Shown piece after piece: positions 22,281 to 32,396 of a stretch of DNA of 64,000 nucleotides; the stretch's first letter is position 1, and every line of letters starts with the position of its first letter. The notes beneath the pieces are model-generated. The model worked only from the letters and a program-made list of their open reading frames with translations, ran no database searches and was not told where the DNA came from. The stretch is from Nemertoderma westbladi (taxonomy: Eukaryota; Animalia; Xenacoelomorpha): the NCBI GenBank assembly GCA_032718475.1, contig JAUCBJ010008084.1, forward strand, positions 7,586 through 71,585. The letters run 5' to 3'. The position numbers were made by a program, and so were the translations under genes.

Positions 22281-25200
22281 GAGCAAGAACAACGAGACCC
22301 TTGGATGGAAATAGGTCATGTGACACAGAAATATGGAGGGGACTGCTACCCCCAATGATATACCCAAGCCAAAGAAAGGCAGAAAATAGGTCGGGTGGAC
22401 CACACCCAACAGGAGAAACTATACAACATCCATCGAATCCATTGGAAGCGCAGGCGATGGGGATGGCCATGTTGATCGATGCATTAAAAACAAGGATCGA
22501 ATTACCACCCGTGGAACCATTAAAATTCGATGGGAGTAGGCCGGAAGAATATCTCCAGTTTCGGCGTATGTATAGTAACGAAATACTAACAAAGAACTTG
22601 ACGCAAGCGGAGTGCCTAAAGTATCTGCAAGTATACACAGGAAGCCCAGCATACGACATCGTGAGGCAATATCAGGGCATAGAGGGCGGCTTCACGACGG
22701 CATGGTGGGCACTGGACAGGGAATACGGGCACCCGGCCAAGATCATCAGGCAGACCCTGAGAGGCATAACATCGGGTGGCCTACAGGATAACCCCGTTAG
22801 CATTAAGACATTCGCGAACAAGGTCGAGAAGGAGCTAATCGTGTTAAAGACGCTAGACGCGCCATACGAACTCAACGCGTCCAACAACATCACCACGATA
22901 GCGCAGGCACTACCGATGTGGTTGCGCAACAAGTGGAGGAAAATCGCTTTCTCCACTCGAGATAGGAAGGGTGCGGAACCGGGTTTAGAAGAAATGTCAA
23001 GCTTCTTAAACTACGAAGCTGAACTAATAACCGACCCAGTCTATAGCGAAGATAGCCTGGGAAAGGGATCGAAGACAGATTACCATAGACCGAAACCAGA
23101 GCACAATACGTCAAATGCATTACCGAAGCTCAGGCAATCACTGCCATATGCAGCGACGCAGGGGACTGCAAGTCCACAGGTAGCCGAAGGAAAGACCACA
23201 CCATGGAACGGACAGGGGAACAATAACAATACGAATAAATATAATCCCAGTACGTCCAGTAGGCCGAACCCAAACAATAAGAATAGTAGGGACTTTGGTA
23301 CAAACGCAGCTGCGATACGCAATGCACTGTATAAGGACGGCTACGACCCAAAGAGCAAATGCCAGCTACATACAAATGCGCTTCATCAAACCATGAACTG
23401 CAGGTACTGGCAAGCGCTACCCAGGGAAGATCAGGTAGAATACGCGGCGAGGAATGAGATCTGCTCGCGATGTGTGATGAGTGGACATAGAGCTAGGCAA
23501 TGCAAGGAGACGCCGGTCAAGTTCGGTCAAAGGAAAGGCCAAACGATGGCAACGAGCACAGTAGGGGCGAGGAAGACAGGAACGGTGCTACTTGGGGTAG
23601 TACCTGTGCGAGTGATTGGAGAAGGCAATCGATCAGTAACAACACTAATGCTGGTCGATAGTGGAGCTGCCTTCACATTAGTCGAGGATTGGGTGGCCGA
23701 AGAAATAGGATTGAGAACGAGGCCAAGTAGAATGGCGGTAACAACCATCTCCAGTAAAGATGAGGTCCTGGAGATGAGAACCGGACGGTGCACCATCGCA
23801 GCAATAGCACCAGGATGCGACTATGGGGCGAGCATCGACCCCATCCAAGTGATAGAGTCAATAAACATCAATGCCAGACGGCCAACCAACATCGAGGTCG
23901 AACAATATACATTTCTGGATGATATCGACTTCTCAATCCCAGAGGTGGACATTAGGAAGGTATCCATCATAGTAGGAATGGACTGCCCAACAGCCCACGA
24001 AAGAATGCAAATGGTCTTCGGCGAAGACAAGCAGTGTGACCCGGTGGCGATACTGACACCATTCGGGTGGACGCTGAGTGGCCCAATCAAGAGCAAGATA
24101 CCATTTAGGATGTCGGAGACATCAGGATGCATGTTCGCGGGAACTATGCAGGAAATGGGTGACGAGAGAGCAGAGGAGCAGCTTAAGAGACTGCTCAGAC
24201 AGGATTTTGAAGGATTAAAGGAGATCGGGGTCGGGACCTCGGTAGAAGACAAGCAGGCTCTACAGAGCGTAGAGGAGTCTATGAGGTGTGATGAGGGGCG
24301 GTATACCATAGGGATGGTATGGAAGCTACCAAAGCTACCGCTACCCGATAATAGAGGGATGGTACTCACGAGGCTTCGTAAGTTGAAGCAGACACTAAAA
24401 CGGAGCCCCGAGAAGAATGAGTACATCCACAGAATGATTAAGAAGTACGTCGAGAAAGGATGGGCCGTGGAGTTACCGGTCGACAAACCAAACACGGATA
24501 GGACGTATTACCTACCACTCCACGTGGCTTTAGATCCGAAGAAAGGTAAACTGCGGATGGTAGTTGACGCATCGGCAAAGACCAACGGAAAATGCTTAAA
24601 CGACTACCTACTAGAAGGTCCGAACATATACAACTCAGGGATAGAGGTCCTACTTAGATTTAGAAATGGGAAACACGCCTCCACGTGTGACATAGAAGGC
24701 ATGTTCAACCAAGTCCGTGTAACGGAGGAAGATAGCGACAGTCAACGCTTCTTATGGTACAACGGTGATGAAGAACCGTCAATAATACCGACGTACAAGA
24801 TGGTAGTACAGAACATGGGAGCCAAGTCGTCTTCATTCACGACGACTATGGCAGTAAGAGATACAGTGAAGGGGAAGGAGGATAGATACAGCACTAGGGC
24901 CGTCGATATGATTCGACGCGGCTTCTACGTAGACGATGGAATGGAGTCTGGAAATACGGTTAAGGAGATACTGGACACAGTGCGCGAGGTTCGCGACATC
25001 CTAAAAGGCTCCGGCTTTAACCTGACCAAATTCCAATCCAGTTCGAAGGAATTTATCAAGGCGATAGGGGACGAGAGACCAGAATCGACTATGGATAATC
25101 CCACAACGTCCAAAGGACAGGACATGGCGAGCAAGAGGACAGAATCTCAACAGAAGGCACTGGGAATCGTGTGGAACAGAGAGACAGATGAACTGGAGTA

Positions 25201-27571
25201 CCAGCTGAGCCAGGAGGGCGCAGACATCCACACAAAGAGAGGCTATGTGTCATACATAGCAAGAATATACGATCCCCTAGGTCTAGCATCCCCACTATTA
25301 GTTACGGGGAAGCAGATACTCAAGAGAGTATACAAACTGAAGGATGAGTGGGACGTAGAGGTACCAGAGGAGATCAAGAAACAGTGGTGTAAGTGGACAG
25401 AAGGCTTGGAGAAGATGGGAACATACAACATGCCGCGAGTGTATTTCCTGGATGGGAACATGACGAATCTGGACTTACACATGTTCTCCGATGCGTCGTT
25501 GGAGGCGTACGGAGCGGCATTCTATTTAATACAACGAGAGGGGGCTCACAAGCCCAGACTGGCCTTTAGCAAAGCTAAGTCAACACCGCCAGATTCAGCA
25601 TCAGTTCCCAAATTAGAATTGACAGCTGCCAGACTAGGAGTTAGGGCCACAGCCTACCTAGTGGATACTATTCCCAACATAGTGGAGACACACTACTGGA
25701 CGGATTCCATGGTAGTGCTTGGTTGGCTACATAACAAAAGGACGAGATACCCTATATTCGTCGCGAATAGGGTGGACAAAATAAGGGCGACCACAGAATT
25801 GGAAAGGTGGCACTACTGCCCGATGGACGAGAACCCAGCGGACTTGTTATCAAGGGGCGTGGCACGCCACACTTTCTTAAAAAAGGAAGGATTGTGGCAA
25901 CACGGGCCGCAGTTTCTGAGCGACAAGGAGGCGTGGCCGCCGATGAGAAAGGTGGACCCGGGCTCAGGAGAGGTAGTGTCAGAAGGAGAAGAGGGAGATT
26001 CAGAGGGAGAAGAGATATACTCCCAGATGGTGAGGGAGATAAGGGACGTGCAACCTAAACCAGAAGAACTGTGCGATAACCCGACGGATAAACTCCTCAG
26101 CTACAGCTCTAGTTGGTATAAGACCAAGAAATTAGTGGCGTACTGGAGAGCCTTCGGGAATTTCCTCGCGGGAGTTGGCAAAGGCAAGAAGATCAGGGCA
26201 ACAATAGATCTGGAAGAAGCGGCCAAAGCAGTAATCCGCTATGAACAACGGAAGAGCTATGGCGACGAGGTGGAACGCGTCGTTAAACAACAGCATCTCA
26301 GACGGGATAGCGAGTTGATCACGCTGTCACCACAACTTAATGACGACGGGATTCTAGTAATGAATTCTAGGGTGGGATACGACAACAGCATAATCGTACC
26401 ACCGAAACCCATCATCATTCCTACAGGATCGCCAATAGTCCACCAGATTATCTGGGACTCCCACAAGTCGATATTGCACGGGGGCACCAACCGAACCCTT
26501 ACGGAGATACGGAGGACCTTGTGGGTCAAGCAGTTGAGGAAGAAGGTAAAAGCAGTAGTGGGGCAGTGCCAGACCTGCCGACGAGCGAAGAAGGAGCGAG
26601 CCATACAAGAGATGGAACCACTACCAGCGAGTAGAGTAAGACAGCACGACCCGCCATTTACACATTGCGGTGTGGACATGTTCGGGCCGATAAAGATCAA
26701 GGTGATGCGGCACACAGAGAAACGCTACGGTATTATCTTCGTATGTAACAACATGCGGGCGGTAGGGATAGAACTCGCCCAAGATGCAACCGCATCAGCA
26801 TTTATTAATGCATTAGAAAGGTTCAGAGACCGCAAAGGTGGGACGATCGCAGTAATGTACTCCGACAGCGGAACCAACTTTGTGGGAGCAGAGAACGAGA
26901 TGGCAGAGGCCTTGGACATCTTGGAAGGGGAGGAAGTCAGGGCAGCCATGAGACGGCGACAAGTAAAGTGGGAGAGAAGGACGCCGTATGTACCACATAC
27001 ACTAGGATGCGTCGAGAGACTGGTGGGCAGTTCGAAGCGTCTCATGACGAAGTTAATGAACACCCACATGGTCACGGAGGACGTCTTGAGAACAGTACTT
27101 GCGAAGTGCGAGGGTATCATTAATAGCAGACCGCTATATCCGGAGAATGATGACCCTGAGTCATTAGATGTGCTGACGCCCAGCCATTTTCTAATGGAAA
27201 GGCCAGCGACCATCGATATGCGGGGTGTAGACCCAGATGACATACACTCCCGCCAGAGTTGGAAGGTCGCTAAAGCGATAAGCGCAGAGTACTGGAGAAG
27301 GTGGGTTGAGGAATACCTACCCACGCTTCACAAAAGAAGCAAGTGGAGGAAGTCGAATAGGGGGTTAAGAGAGGGAGATCTCGTAATCGTTACGGATGAT
27401 ACTATCATCAACAACCAGTGGCGGTTGGCGAGAGTTGTAGGCACTCACTCCGATGAGGATGGAAGAGTCCGATCGGTAGAAGTGCGGATAGGGGGCAAGA
27501 TAGGTGCGAAAGACAGAAAAACCTACAGGAGAGCTGTAGGGAAATGCTGTCTATTAGAAGGGGCACCTTAG
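22172..27571 (+). CDS. gag-pol: BEL/Pao gag-pol polyprotein (capsid-like DUF1759-type region, zinc knuckles, aspartic protease, RT, RNase H, integrase)
   Basis: KFDGSRPEEY; CQLH..H...C and CSRC..GH....C; LVDSGA; YLPLH; RMVVDAS; DIEGMFNQV; FYVDDG; FSDAS; PKLEL; WTDS; NPADLLSRG; HGG..CQTC; GVDMFGP; SDSGTNFVG; INSRPL; LTPSHFL. Open for 1799 aa; the true start is probably upstream. Confidence 0.95.
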   Translation: MHGPQYININPSTKHTGGGGGQGDIPPSQYQQYTPIGARTTRPLDGNRSCDTEIWRGLLPPMIYPSQRKAENRSGGPHPTGETIQHPSNPLEAQAMGMAMLIDALKTRIELPPVEPLKFDGSRPEEYLQFRRMYSNEILTKNLTQAECLKYLQVYTGSPAYDIVRQYQGIEGGFTTAWWALDREYGHPAKIIRQTLRGITSGGLQDNPVSIKTFANKVEKELIVLKTLDAPYELNASNNITTIAQALPMWLRNKWRKIAFSTRDRKGAEPGLEEMSSFLNYEAELITDPVYSEDSLGKGSKTDYHRPKPEHNTSNALPKLRQSLPYAATQGTASPQVAEGKTTPWNGQGNNNNTNKYNPSTSSRPNPNNKNSRDFGTNAAAIRNALYKDGYDPKSKCQLHTNALHQTMNCRYWQALPREDQVEYAARNEICSRCVMSGHRARQCKETPVKFGQRKGQTMATSTVGARKTGTVLLGVVPVRVIGEGNRSVTTLMLVDSGAAFTLVEDWVAEEIGLRTRPSRMAVTTISSKDEVLEMRTGRCTIAAIAPGCDYGASIDPIQVIESININARRPTNIEVEQYTFLDDIDFSIPEVDIRKVSIIVGMDCPTAHERMQMVFGEDKQCDPVAILTPFGWTLSGPIKSKIPFRMSETSGCMFAGTMQEMGDERAEEQLKRLLRQDFEGLKEIGVGTSVEDKQALQSVEESMRCDEGRYTIGMVWKLPKLPLPDNRGMVLTRLRKLKQTLKRSPEKNEYIHRMIKKYVEKGWAVELPVDKPNTDRTYYLPLHVALDPKKGKLRMVVDASAKTNGKCLNDYLLEGPNIYNSGIEVLLRFRNGKHASTCDIEGMFNQVRVTEEDSDSQRFLWYNGDEEPSIIPTYKMVVQNMGAKSSSFTTTMAVRDTVKGKEDRYSTRAVDMIRRGFYVDDGMESGNTVKEILDTVREVRDILKGSGFNLTKFQSSSKEFIKAIGDERPESTMDNPTTSKGQDMASKRTESQQKALGIVWNRETDELEYQLSQEGADIHTKRGYVSYIARIYDPLGLASPLLVTGKQILKRVYKLKDEWDVEVPEEIKKQWCKWTEGLEKMGTYNMPRVYFLDGNMTNLDLHMFSDASLEAYGAAFYLIQREGAHKPRLAFSKAKSTPPDSASVPKLELTAARLGVRATAYLVDTIPNIVETHYWTDSMVVLGWLHNKRTRYPIFVANRVDKIRATTELERWHYCPMDENPADLLSRGVARHTFLKKEGLWQHGPQFLSDKEAWPPMRKVDPGSGEVVSEGEEGDSEGEEIYSQMVREIRDVQPKPEELCDNPTDKLLSYSSSWYKTKKLVAYWRAFGNFLAGVGKGKKIRATIDLEEAAKAVIRYEQRKSYGDEVERVVKQQHLRRDSELITLSPQLNDDGILVMNSRVGYDNSIIVPPKPIIIPTGSPIVHQIIWDSHKSILHGGTNRTLTEIRRTLWVKQLRKKVKAVVGQCQTCRRAKKERAIQEMEPLPASRVRQHDPPFTHCGVDMFGPIKIKVMRHTEKRYGIIFVCNNMRAVGIELAQDATASAFINALERFRDRKGGTIAVMYSDSGTNFVGAENEMAEALDILEGEEVRAAMRRRQVKWERRTPYVPHTLGCVERLVGSSKRLMTKLMNTHMVTEDVLRTVLAKCEGIINSRPLYPENDDPESLDVLTPSHFLMERPATIDMRGVDPDDIHSRQSWKVAKAISAEYWRRWVEEYLPTLHKRSKWRKSNRGLREGDLVIVTDDTIINNQWRLARVVGTHSDEDGRVRSVEVRIGGKIGAKDRKTYRRAVGKCCLLEGAP

Positions 27572-27679
27572 ATCGTTTGTTAGAAGGGAGTTTAGTCGTC
27601 CAAGTTTGGACTGAGGGGGGTGGGATTGAGGGCGAAGCGCCCTTCCCACACATAAAATAAAAATAAAATAAATAAAAAT

Positions 27680-28400
27680 TAGAGTTAGTTAGTTAGTTAG
27701 AACTTACGTAGTACCGGTGGTTAGTAGAGTTGGGAGTTAGTTAGAAGGTACGTAGTACCTAGAGTTAGTTAGTTAGTTAGTTAGGAATTAGCTACAAGGT
27801 ACGTAGTACCTAGAGCTAGTTAGTTAGTTAGGAGTCAATTAGAAGGTACGTAGTACCTAGAGTTAGTTAGTTAGTTAGTTAGGAGGTACGTAGTACCGAG
27901 AGTTAGGAGTCAGTTAGTTAGAGGTGTTAGAGAAGTAGTAAGAGGGTACGTAGTACCGGTGGTTAGTAGAGTTAGAGGTTAGTAAGAGGGTACGTAGTAC
28001 CGGTGGTTAGTAGAGTTAGAGGTTAGTAAGAGGGTACGTAGTACCGGTGGTTAGTAGAGTTAGAGGTTAGTAAGAGGGTACGTAGTACCGGTTAGTAAGA
28101 GTAGAGTTGGAAGTTAGTAAGAGGGTACGTAGTACCGATAGTTAGTGGAGTAGTTAGAGGGTACGTAGTACTGTTAGTTAGAGAGTAGTAAGAGGGTGCG
28201 TAGTACCATTAGTGGAGTTAGAGTAAGAGTTAGAGGGTACGTAGTACCGTTAATTAGGGAGAGAGAGTAAGAGTTAGAGGGTTCGTAGTACCGCTAGTTA
28301 GGGAAAGAGAGTAAGAGTTAGAGGGTACGTAGTACCGCTAGTTAGTTAGAGGTTAGTAAGAGGGTACATAGTACCGATTAGTAAGAGATAGAGGTAGAAG
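27680..28400 (+). repeat. Irregular tandem array with a GGTACGTAGTACC core and (GTTA)n/purine-rich spacers
   Basis: About 16 copies of the GGTAC-GTA-GTACC inverted core, spaced roughly 35-60 bp apart. Confidence 0.9.
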
Positions 28401-28815
28401 GGTATATATAGTATAGATATTAGTCAGTAGTTAGTAGCGAGAGGGGGGCATATGAGTACAGTTGGATAGATCGTGTAGGCCACGCGACATATACTGCTGT
28501 ACTGCACAGGCCCATAGAGTAGGTCAGAATGTGGATTATGGAATAGAATAATCCATAAACAGTAAAGTAGTAGAATTAAGTTAAATCAAAATAAATAGAA
28601 TAAATAGGGCTAAAAAATTACAGATTATGGTAACAGCAGGGAAATTATTCTGGAACATAATTAAAGAAACGGACAGAAATTGTAAATTAGGGTACATTTC
28701 TTAGCTACAGAATTAAGTAATAGAAATTTAGGCTAAAAGGCGTAGTTAGATAGGAAATAGGCCATTCTCGAACTGTACAGACCATCAGAAACTTATCACT
28801 CATCTGTATTGCGCC

Positions 28816-31237
28816 TTGGTAAGGCACCTGGTCGGGACCTACGGGACGCCGTCGCTGGACAACGCGATCTTCCAACACTTCCACTACGTGGTGAAAGGGG
28901 ACGAGGCGAAGTTCGGGATTCCGAAGTACCCGAGGGAGTCGCCGAAGAAGGATTGGAAGAGGTTTATAGAGTCCATCAACAGGGGAGGATATATGATCCT
29001 AGACGACGAGGGAACCGTGGAAGACGAGGAGGGTTCGAGACGAGGATCAGCAGGGTCGGCCAGGACCATACTCCTACATTTGGCCGCGCCAAATGGGGAC
29101 ATTTTCTTATTCGACCTAGGAACGTATGGGAAAAAGGACGGGCCAAAATTAAACCGGTTGCCGAAAGCGGTGCAAGTCCTGGTAAGAGAGAAGTCGACGA
29201 CGAAAGTGGGATCGGCGATTCGCGAGGACGCGGAGAGAATCATCGGTCCGGACGCCACCAACCTTCTGGATATGCAGAAGGTCTTCATGGCTATGACAGC
29301 ACCAGACGGGTTGGGAGTAGTCGGGAACACAGGTCAATGCGGAGCGGTGGCAATGGGCCAGCTATTGGGGCTCGTATGCCACAATCCGATGGACTGGGGG
29401 AAGTTCAGGGAGGATTACGGAGCAGAACTAGCGAACTCGCTAAAGTGGGGAGCGAGACTGGGAAGGCAAGAGGTGTATCAATTCCGCAGAGGAGCAATAA
29501 AGGTATATCAGAAGCGATATATCCTGCAGGAAGATTGGATAATGATAAGTTTGCTCAACTTATTCATGACCGTGGTTATCGAGAGGGAACCAGCGGCATT
29601 TCTGTTATCGGGATCACCCCTAAGCTACAGGAGAGCCTTTAAGACGGCCTTCGACAGTCTGGTAGACCACCCGGGGCTGAAGGGCAAGTCGGTGTACTAC
29701 AACAGCCGACATCTGATAGACGGGTAGATAGATACGCCGTATCAGAGATGGGAGCAGCTAGAGACGGATAGACGAGAGGCAAAGCGACTGGAAGAAGTCG
29801 CGAGACGGGAAAGGATAGAAGCAGAGGAGAGGGAGGAGGAGGCCAGGACGCAGAGTTACGGCTTCGAGGAACAGGCAGGCTTAGACGAACTTCGTTGGAC
29901 TTCATCAGGGACTTCGGGGGAGTCTCTAGGGCGAGAACTGGGATGGACGGTGGGATCGCCGAAACCGTCGACGTTGGGGTTGCAAGCGATGCCCATACCA
30001 GCGGGCGCCGAAGGCGACCAACCGCTAAGGAAGTTAGGGGAGCTAGAGGGATGGAGAGCTACGGGCGAGAGCCAAGGCGGGAAGGGACATAGTGGATCCA
30101 TCGGGATACCGGGGTTGGAGCCACTGCCAGAGGAGGACGAAGACGACGACGAGTTCGGAGAGATGCCGCCCATCGAGAGGATTGGCCACTCGGACACGGA
30201 CTGGGTTGGCGGGAGGGTGGTGACGGCCAGTGGGGCGAGGGCCTTCTGGGATAGACCCGGCAAGCAGGCCTGGGTGCACGAGGAGCCGGCGATGGATTTC
30301 GCGTGGAGCACTATCAGGTTGGGCGAGCAACCAGGGACGGCACCACGGGTAGTATTCGGGGAGACGATGCCCGAGAGGGGCGAGGAGATCGACGTAGACA
30401 GGGACACTAACATGCAGAAGTTCGCCTACCAGCGACTCCACAGACCGCGGAGATCGCTTGGGACGAAAGACGACGTGGGGCGGGAGACATTGGTACTCGG
30501 TTGCGATTACTGTGGGAGACAGACCCACCAGGAAAGGAGCTGTTTGTACCGATTCCAAAAGGGGACCTTTTGTCTCTACTGCCGCGAGTCGAGCCACAGG
30601 ATGGGGGCGTGTCCACGGTTGCATAACCGATGTCCGAAGTGTAACTTTCGGGGACACTATGGACGACGAAGAGAAGTTCAGAACCTTCGAGGAGTGGGCC
30701 GACGTCGGGGCCATGACGCGGCAGCGCATGAAGGCCCAGGAGTTCAAGTGGGGTTTCTTCCTTATCAATCAGGAGGCTCACTTGGAAATTATAAAGCGGA
30801 GGTTACCGTTTACCTATCAAGAGGTAGCAACGGCGGCGTCGTATGCCGGAGTGATAAATACACAAAGGTATTTGGACAGGTGGACGCCACAGAACCGAGG
30901 GGAGTTTAGGGATTTCCTGGCGGAGCACGTGCCGCGGGCAATGAAGATGATCTTATGGGACGCCACCAGGGGGAGACAACAGGGCCACTTGGAGGGGTCA
31001 CCCGCGAAGCGATATCGGGAGCTGATAACACCAGCACCCAAGGAGCCAACGACCGGGATCAGTAAGGGTCCGAAGACAGAAAGCGGATCCCAGAGGAGCG
31101 GTAGTGACCAGGAAACGACCCAGGGAGGAGGACGGCAAAGGGAAAGACTTGAGGTGGTTCCCAAAGTCAGGGGGGATGAACTGAGACTTCAATGTGGTAC
31201 GCCTGGAAGGCGCCACGTGGGACGTACGAACTATTAA
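28816..31237 (+). pseudogene. Accessory ORF homologous to 5194..7677 (DEDD exonuclease and zinc knuckles), disrupted
   Basis: ORFs 28816..29727 and 29950..30909 are in frame across TAG 29725-29727; a frameshift near 30658 leads into ORF 30458..31237. Motifs MILDDEG, LPKAVQVLV...KVGSAIRED, LDMQ, YILQED; CDYC..H....C, CLYCRESSHRMGACP.L...CPKCNFRGH; FEEWAD...TRQR...WGFF. Confidence 0.8.
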
Positions 31238-31878
31238 GTACAAATTCAAACTGATGCAAATAATTAAATAAGTGCAATTATATGTACGTACGTAGTAATC
31301 AGTAGTTTAGCAATAAAAATATACGTTCGAAGTAAGTACTATAGTCATTCAACCTTTCTCAATTAGCTACTGGGACTGGGGGGCTAACTGACTATGGTAC
31401 TATGGACGAGACACCAGACGACTTCACATTTCTTGAGTGCGACGGCACAAAGGGGGAGTGAGATTCGTCAGAAGGGATGGGGTAGTCAAAGGGAGGTCGA
31501 GTAAGAGGTGATAGTGCAGAGTGCAGAGAGAGTGCGAATGCAATTCAAGTGTGTGGGAGGAATAAGAGGCTGAGTGAGGGACAGGGAAGTCCGAGAGTTA
31601 GAGCGGTAGTGAGGAGAAGTAGAGGAGAGTCAGGGTGAGAACAGAGTAGAGTTAAAGTGGCGAAGTGTTGGGGAAACAAAAGTCGTGTGAGGAGCGCACG
31701 ATCGGCCCGACATGGGACGCCAGGCGAAACGGGTAGCGATATCATACCCATAGGGAGCGGCCTGGAAAGCCGGCTCCGAGAGAAAATAGTTCCACCCCAC
31801 ACCCGATGCTAGATCGGGATCCAGCGGAATTGTAGCGCACTTTAGGAGGATGCTATCTTCTCACCGGGAAGATAGCAT

Positions 31879-31887
31879 GGGGGGGAG
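31879..31887 (+). other. Polypurine tract of element 2
   Basis: GGGGGGGAG directly 5' of the 3' LTR. Confidence 0.9.
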
Positions 31888-32396
31888 TGTTAGCTTTTTC
31901 AATTCCGCTAACACAAACCCATAAAGTAAGCCGTTAAGCAATATTGGGGGCCACGAGGTTGATTACCCAATCTCGTGCCACCCCAATAAAATGGGAAGGA
32001 GAAACACACAATAAGGGTCAGGGGCCACACCCCTGACCGAGAGAGAATAGCAGGAGTGAGGGAAACACTCCAAAGGGCGCCAACAGGGATATCAGCCAAT
32101 GGGAGGGAGGCACCGGCTAGGTACAGTAACAAGGCCAACCCGTGCAATATAACCAGTTAACGGTAATCAGTTATTTCAGTTATCTCATTGTGTTGGTCGG
32201 TTTAGTTAGGTTAGGACCGGAACTTTAATTACCGTTGCGTAACCACTGTGCAGACACCCTATTCTATATCTATACTATTATACCGGAGGACTTTATACAG
32301 CAATCAACAATATCCACCCTTTACACACACACGGCGGGAACGCGACGCATAAATCAAAAACCGGATAAACCGGGATCCTTTGTGGATCCCGTCACA
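31888..32396 (+). repeat. 3' LTR of element 2
   Basis: 509-bp direct repeat of 18463-18971. Confidence 0.97.

Larger units (their letters stand above)
18463..32396 (+). mobile_element. Full-length BEL/Pao LTR retrotransposon, element 2 (13.9 kb), inserted in the satellite
   Basis: Two 509-bp TG...CA LTRs, AGCAG TSD (18458-18462 and 32397-32401), gag-PR-RT-RH-IN, extra ORF and PPT. Confidence 0.97.

Noticed and set aside
19050-31249. Antisense and alternate-frame ORFs overlapping gag-pol and the accessory gene
   Set aside because: Shadow ORFs of purine/GC-rich coding sequence with no recognisable motifs, apart from the frames used to reconstruct the disrupted genes.
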